A stretch of DNA of 64,000 nucleotides from an uncultured Ignavibacteria bacterium (GTDB taxonomy: Bacteria > Zixibacteria > MSB-5A5 > RBG-16-43-9): positions 123,255 to 187,254 of the forward strand of contig CAZEDM010000006.1 of the NCBI GenBank assembly GCA_964511075.1, given 5' to 3'. Positions 58,518 to 64,000 of this stretch are shown piece by piece; positions within the stretch are counted from its first letter, which is position 1, and every line of letters starts with the position of its first letter. Both the position numbers and the translations under genes were made by a program. The notes beneath the pieces were generated by a model. That model saw only the letters and a list, made by a program, of their open reading frames with translations, was not told the DNA's origin and did not search any database.

Positions 58518-59288
58518 CTAATCGGTTGTACTTACCTCCAACTCTACAATGCTTCCTCTTTTCACCTCTGCCCCTTCCTTAGGGATTTGATCCAAAACAG
58601 TTCCCGGCAGCAGATGATTCTTTACCCTATACCTGACTCTTCCCATTTTCAAACCCAGTTCCTCCAGCTTGGCACTTACCTCTTTTATATTCTCACCCCT
58701 TAATTGGGGAACCTTAACTATCTCCAGAGTATCGGCTTGATTAATCAGAACTCTGATCTCCATTCCTAAGGGAACAGTGGTACCTGCCTCAGGAAAACTA
58801 TTAATTACCTCACCAGCAGGCAAGGTATCCGTTGATACATAGATCGGATCGCCGATTAACAAGCCGCGGGCTTCCAGTGCCAATTCTGCCTGCCTTAAAG
58901 TCATCCCTGTAAGCTCCGGCACAGTGGCTTTCTCACCACCTTTGCTCAAAACCACCCTGATCCTTCTCCCCTTTTTCACCCTGGAACCCGGCTCAGGGAT
59001 CTGGGAGATAATCGTGCCGGGCGAGCTTTTCAGGCTATATTCCTCCCTGATTACCCTTAACTCCAGCCCTTTATCCTTTAAGGCCGATTTAGCTTCATCC
59101 AGTCTCAATCCCTGCAAGTCCGGAACATCGGACTCCTGTCCCAGCCTTACCACCAGTGGCATAAAAACCCTGTCAAAAAAAAGGAATAACAGGATTACCG
59201 TCAGGATGAAAATACCCAGGCCCTTAATCCATTTACTGGTGAAAAACCGAATCAGTCCGATCTTAATCTTCTCTATATTCATCTTCAT
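58518..59288 (-). CDS. Membrane protein with three PASTA domains
   Basis: N-terminal TM; three VP.L.G...G.V..Q.P..G units. Confidence 0.9.
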   Translation of the reverse strand: MKMNIEKIKIGLIRFFTSKWIKGLGIFILTVILLFLFFDRVFMPLVVRLGQESDVPDLQGLRLDEAKSALKDKGLELRVIREEYSLKSSPGTIISQIPEPGSRVKKGRRIRVVLSKGGEKATVPELTGMTLRQAELALEARGLLIGDPIYVSTDTLPAGEVINSFPEAGTTVPLGMEIRVLINQADTLEIVKVPQLRGENIKEVSAKLEELGLKMGRVRYRVKNHLLPGTVLDQIPKEGAEVKRGSIVELEVSTTD

Positions 59289-59299
59289 AAATATAACCT

Positions 59300-60658
59300 T
59301 TAAAAAGCCTGATGTCCAAAAGTTTGGGATATTTTTTTAAGCCTTGTCGAGAATGTCCCGTCCAGTCCCTGTAGATGAGGAAAGGTCCGCACGAACCTTT
59401 CCCGGCTCACCACTTTTGAATCCACGAAATTTGAAGCATCCTCCTTCCTGAAATCTTTTCTCTGCTCCAAGAATCGAGTAATTATATCCTCATTCTCTGT
59501 TCGGGTCAGGGTGCAGGTTGTATAAACTATGATACCCTCTTTCTTGACTAAATTCGCCGCATGGGAGAGTATGGAGAACTGAAGCTCAGCCAGCCTTTTT
59601 ATATCCTCTTTTTTCTTCTGCCACCTGGCATCGGAGTTCCTGCCCAGGACACCCAGACCCGAACAGGGCGCGTCGATCAAAATCCTGTCCAGGGGCACAG
59701 TGGAATAATCTTTAGCATCTGCTGTTTGATAAGATACGTTTTCGATACCCAGTCTCTGACAATTCTCTTTGACCCTTTTCATCCTTTGCGGGCTTGAATC
59801 CAGCGCTGTCAACCTGCCTGAGTTACTCATAAGCTCCGCTATATAGGTTAATTTCCCTCCGGGAGCAGCACACATATCCAGTATCGATTCACCAGGCTGA
59901 GGGGCTAACAGCAGGACCGGAAAGCCGGCACTTTCGTCCTGAGGATAAACATATCCCTTTTGAAAAAGGAAGAGATTCTCCAGATCGATTTTCGATTCCA
60001 TCCGGTAAAAGTTTTCCAGGAAATCACCTTTTCTGTATTTTATCTTCTTCATATCCAGTGCTTTCTCCAGACCCTTACGATCGATCCTCAGGCTGTTAAG
60101 CCTGAAAGAGATTTTTGCCCTTTGATTGAAAGCCTCGCATAGTCTTATGGTTTCTTTCTCACCTAATTGTTCGAGCCAATCCTCGATCATCCAGTCCGGA
60201 AAAGAATAAATTACTCCTATGGCTTTGACCTTATCCTCCTCCAGGGAAGGAAAAGCAACTCTTTTCTTGTCTCTGAGGTAATTTCTCAACACGGCATTGA
60301 CCAAACCTGCTGTGCCCTGATGCCCATACCTTTTGGCTAATTTAACCGATTCATCCACTGCCGCACTGTCGGGCACCCGGTCCAGATACTCTATTTGATA
60401 CAAGCCTAATCTCAGTATGTTCCGAATCCAGGGGGTTAAATCTTCTATCTTATCTTTGAGGAAAAAGCTGAGGATAAAATCCAGTCTTCTTCTCAGCTTA
60501 GTGGTCCCGTTCACCAATTCCCGGATAAACCGGCGATCCAGAGAGGATAATTTCATTTGGCTGTAATAGGACTCAATCGTCTCGTTAGCAAAAGCAGATT
60601 TGGTCTCAACCTCATACAGGACTTTGAGAGCGATTTCTCTGGGATTTATCTTTTTCAT
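59300..60658 (-). CDS. rsmB: 16S rRNA (C967) methyltransferase
   Basis: NusB-like N-domain; LDMCAAPGGK; DAPCSG.G; Y.TC. Confidence 0.95.
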   Translation of the reverse strand: MKKINPREIALKVLYEVETKSAFANETIESYYSQMKLSSLDRRFIRELVNGTTKLRRRLDFILSFFLKDKIEDLTPWIRNILRLGLYQIEYLDRVPDSAAVDESVKLAKRYGHQGTAGLVNAVLRNYLRDKKRVAFPSLEEDKVKAIGVIYSFPDWMIEDWLEQLGEKETIRLCEAFNQRAKISFRLNSLRIDRKGLEKALDMKKIKYRKGDFLENFYRMESKIDLENLFLFQKGYVYPQDESAGFPVLLLAPQPGESILDMCAAPGGKLTYIAELMSNSGRLTALDSSPQRMKRVKENCQRLGIENVSYQTADAKDYSTVPLDRILIDAPCSGLGVLGRNSDARWQKKKEDIKRLAELQFSILSHAANLVKKEGIIVYTTCTLTRTENEDIITRFLEQRKDFRKEDASNFVDSKVVSRERFVRTFPHLQGLDGTFSTRLKKISQTFGHQAF

Positions 60659-60670
60659 TCTTTGTTTTTC

Positions 60671-60855
60671 GTAGGGCAACCCTTCAGGGTTGCTAATTTA
60701 ATTTCTACAAGGCTGAGGCCTTGCCCTACATTTTTTTGGTAGGTCAGACATTCTTGTCTGACCTTTAAGAACAGACAGGAATGTCTGTTCTACCGGCTTC
60801 TAGGTTTAGTATCTCTTCTGCCTGAGCAGTTGAACAGGCAAGATGCCTATTCTAC
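60671..60855. repeat. Inverted pairs of GTAG REP-like hairpins
   Basis: GTAGGGCAACCC../..CTTGCCCTAC; GTAGGTCAGACA../..GTCTGTTCTAC. Confidence 0.8.
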
Positions 60856-60893
60856 CGTTTTTTTATCCCTTTGAACATTTGAGCTTTTCAGCC

Positions 60894-63461
60894 TTATATT
60901 ATATCCATAGGTGAAAGTAATTCATTTTGCCTTTTCACGAAAAGCCCTTCCCTTTTTATCAGCAGGCTCAAAACCTCCTTCTCTTTCATCCCCAATCCAA
61001 AGGTCAAAACCTCCTGAGGCTTGGCATAACCCTGGTTCCCTATAGTCAGGAGCATCTCCAAGGTGGAGCCTGTATTCTCGAGCTTCAGAATTTCATATCT
61101 TATATCTACTTCCTTCAACTCCTCTCTTTGAGAAGGAAGACCCCTGTCGATTTTTGAAACTCTTGTGGCCATCAGATGTTTCTGCGAAAGAATCTGTTCT
61201 ATTTTCCCTTTTATTTCCGCCTCGGAAAAAGGCAGTTCCACTTTATAAAGTGTCGCATTTATGGCAGCGGATAAAGACTCTGCTTTGCTGAAAATGGGTT
61301 TGCCTTCGGAGAACTTAATGCCCTGGGGCAGGGTATTGTTCAGCCTGGGAATGAACTCTTTGGAAAAAGGCTCGGTTAACTGCAGGTCCAAAAACTCGTT
61401 CTCAGAAACAAACCCCAGCGGGAGCGGAGGACCCAGAGCAATTCTCTGGTGGGGATGAAAGCCCTCAGAATAGGCAATAGGTATTCCCGAACGCCTGATT
61501 GCCCGCTCAAAAGTTCTGACCACATCCAGGTGAGAGGTAAATCTGACCTCCTCGTCTTTGCTCCACTTTAATCTTACCCTGCTGCGGGCAACAGTGGTAG
61601 CCTGAGCTGAAACAACCTTCTTTCTTTTTCTGCCATAGAGTTCCTCTTCTTCTGACTGAGAAGTAAATCCCGGAAGTTTTGTTTCTTCTCTTTTTTCTTC
61701 TTCTATTTCCTGTTGAAAGGCTCTCTCTCTTTCCCTTTTCAGAAAATCCTTAGTTATACCTTTATCTATATGCTCCCAGGGCAATACCTCCTCCAAATCT
61801 CTTGCTCTGAGATAATCTTCAGGTTTGATACCATTTTCCTCGAACGCCTTACTCCAGTAAGAATAGTTGAAGTGCTCTGTCCAGGCATCAAGTTTAGAGC
61901 CGTTTTCCCAGGCAGAATAGATCACCCTGCTGAGCTTTCTATCACCCCTGCCTATAACTCCCTCCAGGAAAGAGACCTGAGGGTCTCTATAACTTACTTT
62001 AAGATTTTTAAAATTGAGTAAGTCTTTCAGCAGGAAGTATTTCCTCTCGATCTCATCCATCTTATTCTGTTCTTCCCATTGAAAGGGAGTATGTGCTTTC
62101 GGAGTAAAGGGAGAGACGGTGATATTTACACCTTTGCCGGAGCCAAGCTCTTTACCTATTCTCAGGACTTTTCTGACTAACTCCGCAATCCCTTTTAAAT
62201 CCTCATCCGTCTCGGTGGGAAGACCAATCATAAAGTACAACTTGATCAAGTTCCAGCCTGAGGAATAGGCTATCTCGGCACTTTCCAGCAGGTCCTCTTC
62301 AGTTATTTTTTTACTTATAGTATCTCTTAGCTTCTGGGTCCCAGCCTCAGGCGCAAAGGTTAAGCCTGTTTTCTTGGTCTGGCTGATAACCTTGGCAATC
62401 TCCATGGAAAAGGAACCAGGCCGCATTGAGGGTAAGGCAATAGACACTCTTTTAGGATAAAATTTTTTCTGGAGTCTCTGAACCAACTCGGAGAGATTAT
62501 GATAATCGGTCGAGGAAAGCGAAAGCAGTGAAATCTCGTCCCAGCCGGTACTTGCAATACCCGATTCTGCCTCCCTCAAAACCTGTTCTACGCTTTTCTC
62601 CCTTTTAGGCCGGTAGACGGCTGTAGCCTCGCAGAAACGACAGGCCTGCCCGCAGCCTCTCATAATCTCGATTGTAAGACGGTCATGGGTCACCTCGATA
62701 AAAGGAACTAAAGGTGAGGAAGTATAATATTTTGTTCTCAATTCAGGAACGGTATTGGCTTTGATCTTCCCCGGAAAATTTGGAATTTTAGGTGACAGTC
62801 CCGTAAAACGGCTGTTTGAATCATACTTCGGCTCGTAAAAAGACGGAACATAAACCCCCTGAATTCTCGACAGCTCCAGTAACAGATCATTTTTTTTGAA
62901 TTTTTCTTTTTTCCCTTTCTCTATAACATCCAGAATCACGTTAATTATCTCCTCCGCATCACCCAGAACGAATAGGTCGAAGAAATCAGCCATCGGCTCA
63001 GGATTAAAAGCAGTGAAACCGCCAGCCATGACCAGGGGATAATCTTCTCCCCGGTCTTTTGAGAAAAGGGGAATACCGGATAAATTTAGAATGCTAAGCA
63101 CCCCGGTATAATTCAGCTCATAGCTGAGTGAAAAACCCAGTATATCGAACTCCCTTAGGGGAGTGTGGCTTTCCAGGGAGAAAAGCGGAAGTGAGCTGCC
63201 TCTTAGAATCTCCTCCGCATCCGGCCAGGGTAAAAAGGCTCTTTCGCACAGGGTATTGTCTCTTCTATTAATGACATGATATAAAATGTGTAGTCCCAAA
63301 TAGGACATCCCGATCTCATAAATATCCGGATAAACTAAAGCGAATTTGAGCCTATCACCTGGCTCTTTTTTAATAACGTTGAGTTCGTTCCCGATATATC
63401 TGCCGGGCTTGATCACAAAAGGCAGAAGCTTTTTTTTTATTTTCTCGGATAAAGGGTGCAT
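60894..63461 (-). CDS. Radical SAM protein (TIGR03960-like) fused to a radical-SAM-linked (TIGR03936-like) domain
   Basis: KPGRY.G.E; YPD.YEIGMS; RGCGQACRFC; APEAG; C-terminal SHLD...ERA.RR..P.AYSEGFHP. Confidence 0.88.
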   Translation of the reverse strand: MHPLSEKIKKKLLPFVIKPGRYIGNELNVIKKEPGDRLKFALVYPDIYEIGMSYLGLHILYHVINRRDNTLCERAFLPWPDAEEILRGSSLPLFSLESHTPLREFDILGFSLSYELNYTGVLSILNLSGIPLFSKDRGEDYPLVMAGGFTAFNPEPMADFFDLFVLGDAEEIINVILDVIEKGKKEKFKKNDLLLELSRIQGVYVPSFYEPKYDSNSRFTGLSPKIPNFPGKIKANTVPELRTKYYTSSPLVPFIEVTHDRLTIEIMRGCGQACRFCEATAVYRPKREKSVEQVLREAESGIASTGWDEISLLSLSSTDYHNLSELVQRLQKKFYPKRVSIALPSMRPGSFSMEIAKVISQTKKTGLTFAPEAGTQKLRDTISKKITEEDLLESAEIAYSSGWNLIKLYFMIGLPTETDEDLKGIAELVRKVLRIGKELGSGKGVNITVSPFTPKAHTPFQWEEQNKMDEIERKYFLLKDLLNFKNLKVSYRDPQVSFLEGVIGRGDRKLSRVIYSAWENGSKLDAWTEHFNYSYWSKAFEENGIKPEDYLRARDLEEVLPWEHIDKGITKDFLKRERERAFQQEIEEEKREETKLPGFTSQSEEEELYGRKRKKVVSAQATTVARSRVRLKWSKDEEVRFTSHLDVVRTFERAIRRSGIPIAYSEGFHPHQRIALGPPLPLGFVSENEFLDLQLTEPFSKEFIPRLNNTLPQGIKFSEGKPIFSKAESLSAAINATLYKVELPFSEAEIKGKIEQILSQKHLMATRVSKIDRGLPSQREELKEVDIRYEILKLENTGSTLEMLLTIGNQGYAKPQEVLTFGLGMKEKEVLSLLIKREGLFVKRQNELLSPMDII

Positions 63462-63543
63462 ATGATTCTGGGTCTTTAAATTGATACAGTATAAATATAC
63501 TCAGCAGAAGATAAAATAAATAAATAAAATCTACAAACAAAAA

Positions 63544-63570
63544 GTAGGGGCGGGGTTACCCCGCCCCTAC
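63544..63570. repeat. GTAG REP-like palindrome
   Basis: GTAGGGGCGGGGTTACCCCGCCCCTAC. Confidence 0.75.
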
Positions 63571-63617
63571 GAACCATGCAGGAATTTCAGTTCCCACACA
63601 AATGAAAAAATCTCAGG

Positions 63618-64000
63618 TTAAACCGCTTCCATCCCTTTTTTTAAAGCATCGATATCTAAATCTATTATCTCCTGCTTGGCACGGGGGAAAACTTTTTTCA
63701 AAGATTCTCTAAGTCCGTCGATGGAGATTGCTCCGGTGATCTTGGAAAAGGCTCCGATCATCACCATATTGGCGATTTTGGTAGTTCCTAATTTCTCTGC
63801 AATTTCATTTGCCTGTATATAATGAACCTTAACATCATCTCTTTTGGGTTTTCCCGCAACCAGGGAGCTGTTGATCAGAAGAAGCCCGCCTTTCTTGACA
63901 GATGACTCAAAACGGGTCAAAGAGGGCTCATTCATCACTATCAGAGTATTCGGATATGCCACCACCGGCGAGGCAATCTCCTCAGAGGAAACCACCACCG
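63618..64000 (-). CDS. 2-oxoacid:acceptor oxidoreductase gamma subunit (5-prime end outside window)
   Basis: VVSSEEIASP; LIVMN.PS..RF; ANMVMIGA. Confidence 0.85.
   Translation of the reverse strand, partial: VVVSSEEIASPVVAYPNTLIVMNEPSLTRFESSVKKGGLLLINSSLVAGKPKRDDVKVHYIQANEIAEKLGTTKIANMVMIGAFSKITGAISIDGLRESLKKVFPRAKQEIIDLDIDALKKGMEAV

Overview
Bacterial chromosomal window. The duplicated C-terminal dockerin (GDxNxD...DVIYLINYLFKGGPAP) on secreted proteases suggests candidate phylum Zixibacteria, but this is inference. Housekeeping genes: uvrC, ogt, valS, rlmN, pta, prfB (programmed +1 frameshift), rqcH, ispG, rnhB, yraN, ffh-rpsP-khpA-rimM-trmD-rplS, rsmB and a TIGR03960-type radical SAM protein. 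Peptidases are unusually many: two M6, C25, C1, M4-like, M54 and a stand-alone cyanophycin-synthetase-N-like protein. There is an ECF sigma/anti-sigma module with twin divergent promoters, and four disrupted genes. Intergenic DNA carries many GTAG-type REP-like hairpins, often joined into modular or nested composites. The most unusual region is a variable island at about 25.9-36.8 kb. It holds same-strand cargo genes separated by direct-oriented composite repeats (including a 297-bp near-identical pair) and a coupled cytoplasmic zinc-protease/MBL-hydrolase operon followed by a broken amidohydrolase. Other highlights are an intact endonuclease V lacking all catalytic residues and an unannotated 57-aa ORF coupled to the CphA-N-like protein. 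No rRNA, tRNA, CRISPR array, integrase or transposase was recognised.
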